This document shows positions 51,622 to 64,000 of a stretch of DNA of 64,000 nt, in pieces. The notes under the pieces are model-generated. The model was not told the origin of the DNA and made no database searches. It saw only the letters and a list, made by a program, of their open reading frames with translations. Each line of letters starts with the position of its first letter. Position 1 is the stretch's first letter. Made by a program: the position numbers and the translations under genes. Origin of the DNA: Eledone cirrhosa (taxonomy: Eukaryota). The DNA is taken from positions 61,070,001-61,134,000 of the forward strand of contig OZ024741.1 of assembly GCA_964016885.1 (NCBI GenBank). The letters run 5' to 3'.

Positions 51622-53416
51622 TCTGTTAATAATAATATTCCTAAATTATTCTTTAGTGCCTTAAATAAATGCTCCCCTCCCTCACATATATATAGTAAAA
51701 TATTTAACAAACACACTATAAAATTTTCCTATTCGACCTCCTCCAACATCTCCAACATTATCTCTAAACACAACAATAAAATACTAAATACTAAATCTCT
51801 TCCTTCCAACACTGAATATCATAATAATAGTAATAGTTCTCCCGACGTCATTGTTAACTCTAGGCTAATTTCTGCAAACCCAAATACAACGTCAAACGCA
51901 ACTTCATTAAATGTTCTTAATCCCATTCTAAATCAAGAAACTATTATTCCTATCGTAAATAACTTCTCCAATCCAATTCCTTCTATAGATAACACTAGGT
52001 CACTTGTTAATAACTCTGTTAATTTCTCTAATCGCAATTGTAATTGCCCTGTTAAAAATAAATGTCCTCTCAACAACCATTGTCTTGAAAAAAACTTAAT
52101 CTACGAATGTAAAGTTATAACTGACACCAATTCCTTTAACTATTTTGGCTCCACTTCCACCTCCTTTAAAGCTCGTCTTTATAATCATCATTCGTCTTTT
52201 AAATACCAACTTAAAAGAACCAACACGGCACTCTCAGAATTCATATGGTCCTTGAAAGACAAAAATATTAACTATAACATCTCTTGGAGGAAGGTTTGTT
52301 CTGCTTCTACATACTTGAATGGTTCTCTATCCAAGACATGTAATCTCTGTTTATGTGAGAAATTTACCATTATATCTAATTTAGATTCTATTATAAATAG
52401 ACGCACTGACTTGTTTTCTCTCTGCTTGCATAAATTCCACAGAACATTCTATAAAGTATACAGCTAATATCTAATACTTTACTAATTTAAAATCCTTTTC
52501 TCAAAGGCATATATATATATATACATATATATTTCTTTAAAAATATATCCATCTTTCTATCTTATTTCAATGTTATTTATTATACATTATATAATACTAG
52601 TTACTCATTCTATATCACTCCTATTTATCACTTCCCTTTCTTTATTTTTTCTTTTTCTTTTAATTTCTAACCTCTAATCTATACCTTTTCTTCCTAGATA
52701 CTTCTCAATTCTCATTATTACTCACCACAATATATCCTTACCCTTTTAAATACTTTATAATATCACCTTGAAAAATTCTTCGTAAACATAAACATTTTTT
52801 GACGTTAGATTATTCATCCTCAATTCATTATTTTTTTCTCCCTTCCATGCACATCTAACTTATACATCCACTTATTCATCCACTCTTCTACTTATTTTCA
52901 CAATATATCCTTAATTACATTACTATTGTTATATTTTTATATTTTTTTAATTTCTTTCCATCGCACATATTATTAAACCCTTAAATATTATTCTTAATAC
53001 ATATTAACAATTTCTTTTCATCGCACATATTATTAAACCCTTCAATATACAAACCTTAATTTAACATTATTCTAAAATTTTTCTCTTCGTTAATTTTCAA
53101 ATTCTTTTAATTTATATATTATCTTCCAACGGTTTTTTAACCTCTCTATGTAAAACAATATATTTTTCTCAGTTATAATAGCTATCTCTCTCTCTATATA
53201 TATCACCCATCTCTCCTCCTATATCATCCTTCCTTTACTATACTCCTCCCCCTCCATTCTTTACTCTCATCTACTCCTCGTTTTCATCCTTTCCACACCC
53301 ACAACCCCTCAATTTTTTTTTCCCAATATCACACATCAATCTAAAACTACTTTTCATATGTTGATTTAAAACTGCACTATTCACAATTATTTTTTAACCT
53401 TCATATCATGTCTCCC

Positions 53417-53487
53417 TATTTTATCTGACGAAAACGCAAATGTCATCGCATGATGAAATTTGTTTTTGAAATGCGCATAATAAAATA
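53417..53487 (+). ncRNA. Type I hammerhead motif in PLE pLTR (mirror copy 50437-50507 minus)
   Basis: TATTTTAT-CTGACGA-[long helix II]-GAAA-TGCGCAT-A-ATAAAATA; palindromic helix III ATGCGCAT. Confidence 0.75.
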
Positions 53488-53615
53488 CATGGAACTCTTT
53501 TAACCATCTTTTGATCTTATATATTATTTATACTCCAGTCCTACAAACTGTAGAGTGCTACTTATCCGATATCTGCATTGCTTTATTGTACTACAATAAA
53601 ACTCACCTCCTACAC

Positions 53616-53689
<74 letters not shown>

Positions 53690-53798
53690 TAGAGCTTTGT
53701 GTCTTTCGTTTGGCTTTTTATTTTCAAAACAATCTTTTTTTTTCGTATTCACTTGCTCTCGTTCATTGTATTCTCTTTGTTAGTTTTCCTAATTTTAT

Positions 53799-53839
<41 letters not shown>

Positions 53840-54349
53840 GTACATGTAAACTGAATTCGTTATATACCCTCCGGACAAAGATCAATAGATTTATGCATGT
53901 TTGAATGTATTCTATCTTTTTCTGCCGAATAAGCTGAGCTCCGTTTTCCTTTGAAATCTATTAGCAACGAGCTCCAATATTCTAAGAAACGGAAAGATGG
54001 TGGAGTGTCAGAGTCGTTAGAGTGTCGGATAAAATGCTTTACAGCATTTACTTCCGGTTCTTTACGTTCTGATTTGATTTCAACATCGCCTTTCATCCTT
54101 CCTGAGTCGATAAAATAAAATAGCAGTCAAGTTCTGTGGTCAATGTAATCAACTTATTCTTCTCCAACCAATTTCAGACCTTGTGCCGAAATTAGAGGCC
54201 AATATTCTAACGAGCGGATTTCGTCGCTCTTTGGAATTAACCAATCAGTTCAATTGCCAAAAAAAAATGGATTCCTTGTCGTTTTCCTCTGTTATATAAT
54301 TTAACAGGAATGTTTCCTATAACTATTTGGATAGATGTCGCTGTTAACT

Positions 54350-55350
54350 CGGCTGTTGTTGTTGTTGGTGGTGGTGGTGGTGATGGTGGTGATGGTGGTG
54401 GTGATAGTAGTGGTGATGGTGGTGGTAGTGGTGGTGGTTAGAGTTGATGCTGTAGTTGTTGTTGTTGGTTGTGGTGGTGGTGGTGGTGGTGGTGATAGTA
54501 ATGGTGAGTGATGGTGGTGGTAGTGGTGGTGGTTAGAGTTGATGCTGTAGTTGTTGTTGTTGGTTGTGGTGGTGGTGGTGGTGGTGGTGATAGTAATGGT
54601 GAGTGATGGTGGTGGTAGTGGTGGTGGTTAGAGTTGATGCTGTGGTTGTTGTTCGTTGTGGTGGTGGTGGTGGTGGTGGTGGTGGTGGTGGTGGTGGTGG
54701 TAGTAGTAGTGATGGTGGTAGTGGTGGTGGTGGTTAGAGTTGATGCTGTGGTTGATGTTGTTGGTTGTGGTGGTCATGGTGTTGGTGTTGGTGATGGTGT
54801 TGGTATTGGTATTGGTGGTCATGGTGTTGGTGGTGGTTGGGGTGTTTGTGGTGCTGATCATGGTGCTGGTGTTGGTGGTGGCGGCGCTGATAATGGCGTG
54901 GTGTTGGTGGTAGTGGTAGGGGGTGTTGGTATTGATAGTCATGGTGTTGATGTTTGTGGCGTTGGTGTTGGTGGTGGTGATGGTGTTGTGGCTTTGGTGG
55001 TATTGGCAGTCATGTTGTTGTTGGTGGTGGTGGTGGTGTGGGTGTTGTTGTTGTTGTTGGTGGTGATGGTGGTGTTGTTGTTGGTGGTGATGGTGGTGCT
55101 GATATTGGTGGTGGTTATGGTGGTGGTAGTGTTAGTCGTTTTAAATTGGTTGTTATTGGAGGTCTTAACTTAGCTGGTGGTGGTGGTGGCGGTGGTGGTG
55201 GTGGCGGTGGTGGTGGTGGTGGTGGTGGTGGTGGTAAAGGTGTTGGTGCTGGTGTTGGTGTTGTTGGTGGTGGTGTTGGTGGTGGTTGACGTTGTTCTTG
55301 GTGGTGGCTGTGGTGGTGGTGTTAAATTGCCTGTTGTTGTTGTTGTTTAT
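54350..55350. repeat. (GGT)n/(GTT)n-rich low-complexity tract with an internal ~100-bp duplication
   Basis: Direct reading. Confidence 0.9.
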
Positions 55351-56187
55351 ATTGTGTTCCTGATGGTGATTGCAGCTGCGAGGATGTTGATAACGATGCT
55401 GACGAAATCGATATTGATTCTGCTTAGCTAAGTGAAAAGAGAAATGTTATAAACCTCCGTCTAATGATATATTCAATTGACGTACGCCATATTGAAATAT
55501 ACTACAACTTCTCTTTTGTTCTACTCAGCGGTGTTTTTTCCGTGTCTTCGTTAATTTTTGTTCAATCGGAAAATGAACGTGATAGATTGTCATGAATTTC
55601 ATTAGTATCTTCCAATGTATATCTGTCTGTCTGTGTGAAATAGCATACATCTGTAGTTATCTCATTTTGCAGAGGTGTGGGATAAAATAACAATAACTTG
55701 AAAATGATAGAAAAATAAATTTGACCTTTCCACTGTTCTCGAAATCAATTTTCACATAACATATTTATTGTTCCAAATAATTTGTGTTTAATTAGATCAT
55801 AACCGCCTCAATAGTTTTCTTCTTAACTTAACAAATATCTTTTTAACTAATGTGCGTGAATAATTTATTCATAAATGATTAATTATTATACAACATGAAA
55901 GGCGGTGACTTGATAACGTTAAGTTTAAACAAATGAAATGTATATTATTTTGCAATATGATATAATGGAGTTTTATAAAGAGAATGGTATAAGAAAGAAA
56001 ATGTTATAAACTGCGTATATTTAGACCCAACTGTTTTCTATCCATTACTAAAGAAACTCTCAGTGACTATTCTGGTATTAGGAGAAGCATGCTTAATATG
56101 CTGCGCATAGGGACTGAACCCAGACCCTCGTGGATGCAACTATATGTGCAAAATAAATAATTATTTATTTTTTTATTATAATCAAAT

Positions 56188-56873
56188 AATTGCTTCTACT
56201 TTAGACACAAGGCCAGCAATTATTCCAGTGTATTACTGGTACTTTATTTCATCGGCCCCGTAAGGATGAAAGGCAAAATTAACCTCGGTGGGATTTGAAC
56301 TCAGACCGTAAAGGGACGTAATTCTATGCTGGAAAGCATGGGGTCCGACCCTCCACCGATACTGCCAATAATGATTTATTATTCAGGCACAAGTTCTACA
56401 ATTTGAGGAGAGGGACACATCAACCACGTCGAAACTAGCACTGACCTTAATGATTGACTGGTATTATATTCTATCAGAGGTCGATAAAATAAAGTACCAG
56501 TAATATACTGGGTAATTGCTGGCCTTGTGCCAAAAGTAGAAACAATTATATTCTATCAGGGCGGTGGTTTGGCAGTATCGGTAGAGGGTCAGACACTATG
56601 CTTTGCAGCATAGTTAAATCCCTTTACGGTCTGAGTTCAAATCCCGCCGAGGTTAACTTTACCTTTCGTCCTTAGGGGTCGATAAACTAAAGTACCAGTA
56701 ATGCATTGGGGGTAATTGCTGGCCTTGAGCCAAAAATAGAAACAATTATATTCTATCGCCCCCGAAAGGCAGAGATGACCGCGGCTGGATTTGAACTCAG
56801 AACATAAAGAGCCGTAATTAAATGCTGTAAGGCATTTCGACGAGGTTCTAACGACTCTGCCAATTCTCCGCCC
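56188..56873. mobile_element. Nested cluster of SINE copies (56188-56369 minus, 56478-56551 plus partial, 56559-56751 plus, 56752-56873 minus)
   Basis: Same family motifs as the 3007 copy. Confidence 0.8.
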
Positions 56874-58090
56874 ACAAAATAATTGAATAATAGAAATCAC
56901 TATTATAAAAGTAATTATTACATATAGAATTTGTTAAATGTGACGCTTTCAGCATAATTGAATGAACTTAAATATCAATAGTTTATATACACCATGAAAT
57001 TAAAAGGGAAACAAAATCTAAAAGTAGAGAATTCGTAAACGTGTATTAGTACATTTGTCCTGAAAACCGGATGATACACAAGTTATAAATACAATAACAT
57101 TTTAGTGAGGAATTACAAGTCTGCTGCATTCTTGTCACACTTTTGTTTGATTATGTACCATAAAGCATTTTAGGCAAAATATTCGCTAGAACAAAAGCAC
57201 ACATGTAAGGGAAAATTTTATATTTCTATTTTAGAAATGACAAAACCAATTTTTCTCTTTATGGTCAAAGAAAACTGGTTCCGCTCTCTTGGAAAGAAAA
57301 TTTAGTAGTAGCATTAAAACAAACGTTTTACGTTGGGATGGAGTGATTTCATAGCATTGTGCTTACAAAAATAGACACCACAAACAGATAAAAAAAATAT
57401 CTAATAATTGTATTTTTTTGTGACGGCAAGCACATGATTCTGTTTTTTGGATTGCTAATTTCATATTTAGTCGCTGTTCCATGTCCATGTCTGTGGGTCC
57501 TCATAGAATTGTATGAGGCTTGTGGTGACATTAAAAATAGTGGACATTTAAAACTAGCAGATCTCATCCTTCTCCGATTGCTTCCATTTCCATTGAGAGA
57601 AAGGGGGGAAATATAGAGAGATAGACAGATAAAGTGAGAGGAAAATACATAGAAAGAATTGACACCATTACTGAACTGGTGCTTATTTATCGACCTGGAA
57701 AGGATGAATGGCAAAAATGACCTACGCGTGATTTGAACTCAAAGCTCAAGAGCTGACGCCCTAATGACTTTGCCAAATCTCCATCTAAAACTCATTTATA
57801 TATTTATCTTCCATATTTTTCTCCTTGACTCCATAAATATTTACATTGTAAAATGTCGCTTACTTCACTGGAATTTGCTGTTGGAGAGAGAAACATGTTA
57901 GAATCTGTCAGAAACTGTTTCAATTCATAATATTAACCTGCGACCGAAGATGACAAACTTGTTTAAGGCACCACGTAGATGTGAAGCGAACTCCTTAACC
58001 TCACAGTCATGCCACCACCCATATTGATATTGATATCAAATATTTAATACACAAACCTCGCGTTGTGTGTACGAGAAAGAGAGAGAGGGG

Positions 58091-58146
<56 letters not shown>

Positions 58147-58278
58147 AGTAGACTTCGGCCAAGCTAAGGCACCGCTTTTAGTGGCACTTATTTTATCGAT
58201 CCATTTTTGTCGAACCATTAACTCATGGGCTATAAGCATAGAGACACAGATACAAGCAGGGACACAGAAATAGACGCA

Positions 58279-58369
<91 letters not shown>

Positions 58370-58371
<2 letters not shown>

Positions 58372-58500
58372 TCCTGATGATTTCTAATGAATGAAACAGT
58401 TCTAGTCCTGTAGAATCTCATCTATATTAAAACTTTTATACTCTGCTATGTATTGAGTACCTTACTTACTGTGGTTACCTCCGATTCAACCCGGAATAAC

Positions 58501-58504
<4 letters not shown>
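58370..58504 (+). ncRNA. Solo pLTR fragment with hammerhead (family 1) in (TA)n
   Basis: ATTC-CTGATGA-tttctaatgaat-GAAACAG..CTGTA-GAAT; the remainder is the reverse complement of 14447-14530. Confidence 0.7.
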
Positions 58505-58547
<43 letters not shown>

Positions 58548-58599
58548 AGTTACTCAGTACTAAACGCAAGACGGCATTGATCTCCCTTACACAACGGAA

Positions 58600-58870
58600 A
58601 TTTAATATTGACATACCAGCATTCATTGAAACATTTCTTTCAGGTCCATTTCATTTAGAGGAAGTGAAAGGAGGGTATGTTTTTTCGTGTCTGGGAAAAT
58701 GGAGAATGAGCCATGCCAGTCAGGTGTTGGCTTTGCCATAAGATCAGAACTTGCCAGATCCCTTTCTACTATGCGCTTATATGTATCAAACCACATCATG
58801 ACACTGACATTTGACCTAAAATGCAATACTAGCGCTACACTAGTCAGTTGCTATACTCCAACCATGGCCA
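58600..58870 (+). pseudogene. RTE-type LINE APE endonuclease fragment
   Basis: YVFFVSGK..SGVGFAIRSEL..IMTL..ATLVSCYTPT. Confidence 0.65.
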
Positions 58871-58884
58871 GTTATACGTGTGTA

Positions 58885-59050
58885 TATGACGGGCTTCTGT
58901 AGTTTGCGTCTACCAAATTTGACCTACAAGGCAATGGTCATCCCCCGGCGATGGGAGAGAACATGTGCCCAATGTGTCGCGCAACAGGACTGAACTCGAA
59001 ACCACATAGATGCAGCGTGAACCCCCTTAACCACTCGGCCATGCCTACGC
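58885..59050 (-). mobile_element. Degenerate tRNA-derived SINE of a second family (related pieces near 11720-11860, 57950-58260, 62030-62510)
   Basis: Minus strand GGCATGGCCGAGTGGTTAAG A-box and GAGTTCAGTCC B-box-like sequence. Confidence 0.55.
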
Positions 59051-59284
59051 CCATATAAGTAACATTTCATGATGATTTCTGAATATTATTGAGCATTATA
59101 ACTTGCAGATGTAAATGTCTGATTCAAATTCAGTTTTATGTAATAACATATAAATTACATAAAAAGAGGTGTGAATGATTTTATTCATTTATCGAAAATG
59201 TGACAACTTTCAGATAAAAACATTGAACAGAACACAATTTTTATCTCATCATAAAACGGAAGCCGATGCAGAATTTAATACGTT

Positions 59285-59327
<43 letters not shown>

Positions 59328-59484
59328 GTATATATGTATCTATGTATGTATGTATATTTGTATGTATATAAATATATATATATGTGCATATATATATATA
59401 TATATGTACATATATGTATGCATATATATGTGTATATATATATATATATGTGTGTGTATGTATGTATATTTGTATGTATATATA

Positions 59485-59530
<46 letters not shown>

Positions 59531-59544
59531 TATATGTATGCATA

Positions 59545-59589
<45 letters not shown>

Positions 59590-59666
59590 ATGTGTGTGAG
59601 TGTGTGTATGTATGTATGTATAAATATATATATATATATGTATGTATGTACATATATATATATATG

Positions 59667-59733
<67 letters not shown>

Positions 59734-59794
59734 GAAAATATAATACAACGTTGAAAATTGGGATAAACAAAATAAAAAACAATATAATATAACA

Positions 59795-60256
<462 letters not shown>

Positions 60257-60803
60257 TTTTGTTGATTCTGATTTTCAACGTTTTATTATTTTTCTTTTAT
60301 AAATATTAATGGTTCTGATTATTAAAAAAAAATATAATTTTTTCAGTGGTCTTGTTTGTTAGGTCAGTAAATATGTCAGTCAGATAGCGCTGATTATAGA
60401 TATTATTATCATTATTATTATTGTTGCTGTTGTTTTCGTTGTTGTTGTTGTGTGTATCAGTCTTGTGTCGATGTAGTTGTTTGTTGCTGATGTTTGGTTT
60501 GAAGGTGATGTTGATAGGCAACGATCAACTTTTGTAAGTTTGGATTTCATGTCTACACTGCTTTTTTTTTATATCTGACTTCACAGCAATACAAGCCAAA
60601 TAATAATCAGTTATAATTCGTCATACTTTAGAACATTCTGTGTGTCTGTGCGTGTTTTATACTCAAGAATGTTTCGTTCAGTTTGTTCTCTGAATATATT
60701 TCTCTTTCTCTCCTTCTCTCTTAGTGTGTGTGTGCAAGTTTCATTCTCTAGAACCTTATATTTCCTTCCCTCTCTTTGTTTGAGTATGTGCGTACGTGAG
60801 TAC

Positions 60804-60926
<123 letters not shown>

Positions 60927-60929
60927 TGC

Positions 60930-60960
<31 letters not shown>

Positions 60961-62989
60961 TGGGGATGCGAGAGGTGTTTGCATTTTTCATACTCTACAA
61001 CTTTTTATTTCCTTTCCCGCTGTGTATGCTTATATTTCTGTGTTTGTGTGTTTATGTTGTATATGTGTGTGTGTGTGTGTATGTGTATTTTCTTTTAATA
61101 TCATTATCTCTTTCTGTGTGCCCATGTACAAACGGCAATACAATGGCGCCATCCTACTGTCCGAAACTATCCATGTTAGTGTTGAATTATCCACTGAACT
61201 CCAACCCGACTGCGAGAAAATGGAATTACTTTTTTGTCGTTGTTATACTTTACTTTGTGTAGGTTTGTGTGTGTATGAGGGAAAATTTGGCTCCGGATGC
61301 AGAAAAATAAGCCAAGTCAGGTTTTGTGGCGCTGCAGGCAAAACATCATTAAATTTTAAAAAGAAAAACATTAAATAATTTATAATAACAATCTAATAAT
61401 GTTAAAATAATACCAGAATGAAAGATAAATGTTAATGGAAATTTCATACTTAATGGACAAAAAAATATATAAGGTTTGAAATAGTTATTAGCTAAATTAG
61501 AGAATGAATGTGATTATTCATTTATTGTATTCGCAATATATTTGCGTTAGCAGGCTGGGTGTGTGGAATAATCAGTAGAATGTCAGTCAAAATTCCTGGT
61601 GTTATTTAGTAGATCTCCCTTTATCTTCTGAGTTCATATTCTGCTAGGATCGAATTTTCTTTTTATGTTTCTGTGATCGATAAAATGATTATTGCTCTAG
61701 TAAATACCTGAATTAAAATCTAGCAACTGTCTATACTCTCCAACAACTGTGTATGTGGCTCTGCACCTCTGCTAGCAATCAACATATCTGGCTTACATGC
61801 TAAAATAAACAGCTACAATCGCCAAACTGTGTGAAGATGTTCTCAGTTCAAATTTCGTTAAGATTTAATTTAATTTAAGATTTAATTTAATTTTCCTCTA
61901 TTCATAGTTAATAAAATCCTAGATTGGCCGTCGTTTGCGACGATGTGCATTTATTTCGTTGTTTCATCAACTGAATGTCTGACTCATTAATTAACGTTTA
62001 GTCGATTGAGTATTCCACAAACACGTGTACTCAACGTAATTTTCACACTGAATCAGTTGAAAAGGTTGACCTTTTGAATTACAGGAATTAATCCATCCGA
62101 CGGGCATCCACATAGTCACCGTTCACTTAATTTTACTCATAAAGTTCAGATAATTCCAAGGCTACAGAAAAGATACTTGCTCAAGATGCCACGTAATTGA
62201 GAAGTGAATGTCTTAACCACTCAGCCATATCGATAAAACAAGTAATAGTTGTTTGTATCAATTCCACTTGTGAGTATGGAACGTACCTCCACCGATTTTG
62301 ACGATGAGAATTCTTGTTGATCGATCTACTGAACGGCCGAGGCATGAAATTAACGCCTAAGTTGCTGAGTATCCCACGGATACGTGCACTCTTAACATAA
62401 TTCTCAAGAGGATTCAGCATGACACAATGCGTGATAAGGCTGGCCTTTTGAATTACAGGTACAATCCATCCAACAGGCTTCCACATAGTTTCCGTCTAAC
62501 AAGTTTCACTCACATGATGCCACGAAATGACCTAATGATCGCGTTGCAATTTCCTCAACAATTTGGCCATGTTGCGTCCACATTTAATGGGCTAGATTCA
62601 ATCAACCACACTATTCCTCAACGGTGTAACTTTGCACCCTATAAGTCAGTATACAGCCACTATATAGATACTATCAGCTTTATTTCCCATGGCTCAATCA
62701 CTGGAAGATTATTCTCGTAATCTCCATACCAACGACTAGTTCTGCCGATATATTTTCTCAGTTTATATATACCAACTTCAAAGCTTTGTTCATGACTAAA
62801 TCTTTTTCTCTACTTCACCATTTCGGTTGTTTTCAAACACCGATATCACCTGCCAAGCAAATAACTACTTACATGGAACTGGGTGGGGAGAGACCAAGAC
62901 CCCCCCCCCTCCAATAATTATATTTTTCTCCCAAAACTACCGAAACATACATTTATTTGTATATGTGCTACAATTAATGTACGTTATGT

Positions 62990-63745
62990 AGACAGATGGG
63001 AGAGATAGATATATAGATATAGGGAGGGAGAGAGTTTGGTGGTAATTGATATAGAGAGGAAGGTTGGGAGACTGTGTTGTATATAGATATAAAGAGGGGG
63101 AGAGATTGATATTTATTGATATAGTATAGAGAAAGGTATTTGAAGAGAGTTCCGTGTAGTAGATATAGAGCGGGGGAGAGTTTGGCGTTAATTGATAAAG
63201 AGAAGGGGATTGAAAGAGAGTTCCTTGTAGTAGATATAGAGAGGGGCAGTGTTTGGTGTTAATTGATATAGAGAGGGATATTGGAAGAGAGTTGCGTATT
63301 CTAGATATATAAAGAGGGAGAGTTTGGTGACTATTGATATAGAGAGGGGGATTGGGAGAGTGTGTTGTATGGTAGATATAGAGAGGGGGAGGGAGATTGA
63401 TGTTTATTGATATAGAGAGGGTAATTAGAAGAGAGTTCCGTGTAGTGGATATAGAGAGGGGGAGAGTTTGTTGCTAATTGATATACAGAGGGAGAATGGA
63501 AGAGAGTACCTTGCAGTAGATATAGAGAGGGTGAGAGTTTAGGGGTGATTGATATACAGAGGGGTTTGGAAGAAATAATTGTAGATATTTATAGAAAGTG
63601 AGAGGCTTAAATACAGAGACTAGGATAAGAGAGGCGGTGTCGTGGTAGATATAGAGGGGGGTAGAGGTTTGTTTTAGTAGATACAGAGAGGGGGATTAAA
63701 AGAGAGTTTTGTGTAATAGACATAGAGAGGAGGAGTGTTTGGTGG
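62990..63745. repeat. Degenerate GA-rich minisatellite (~30-32-bp unit, GATATAGAGAGGGG core)
   Basis: Direct reading. Confidence 0.8.
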
Positions 63746-64000
63746 CATTCTCAGGTTCAAAATCAGTAATAGCATAGTGCACGGGTGGGGACGATTATTC
63801 AAGGCCTGAGAGTACGTGAATTATTGACGGATGCAAGAATGAAAACTTAATACCGAAGTACAGTTTAAATATTCATTTATTATGGAGTTTATCTGGAGTC
63901 TCATCTGCGTACTCACCAGACAACACTGGTGATCCTGTGAGTGCACAGGTGAAACTTTACATAACAAAGCTCACCAATAGCCATAATAAATGAATGTATA

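Noticed and set aside
54628-55431. Poly-Val, poly-Gly and poly-His ORFs; possible telomere-like repeat
   Set aside because: (GGT)n low-complexity DNA with no TTAGGG array

Overview
AT-rich, microsatellite-saturated eukaryotic (metazoan) DNA. The SINE families and repeat load suggest a cephalopod (Octopus-like) genome; this is inference only. No host protein-coding exon could be supported, and essentially all coding signal comes from mobile elements. Main contents: (1) a 14.5-kb head-to-tail stack of five L1/Tx1-clade non-LTR retrotransposon copies (two full length, three 5'-truncated), all on the minus strand and each bounded by (GATA)n, suggesting a (TATC)n-microsatellite-targeted LINE, with conserved splice-like signals that bracket ORF2; (2) a ~4-kb array of a 310-bp unit carrying a type I hammerhead ribozyme (13 copies), arranged as two divergent arms inside (TA)n, i.e. 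a retrozyme-like element; (3) several Penelope-like element (PLE) remnants (RT/GIY-YIG) with inverted pseudo-LTRs carrying hammerhead motifs of several families, one family showing compensatory base changes; (4) a near-intact DD37D Tc1/mariner transposon, a MITE, hAT-like and Helitron-like non-autonomous elements, many tRNA-derived SINEs and several fold-back palindromes. Most ORFs in the supplied track are microsatellite artefacts.
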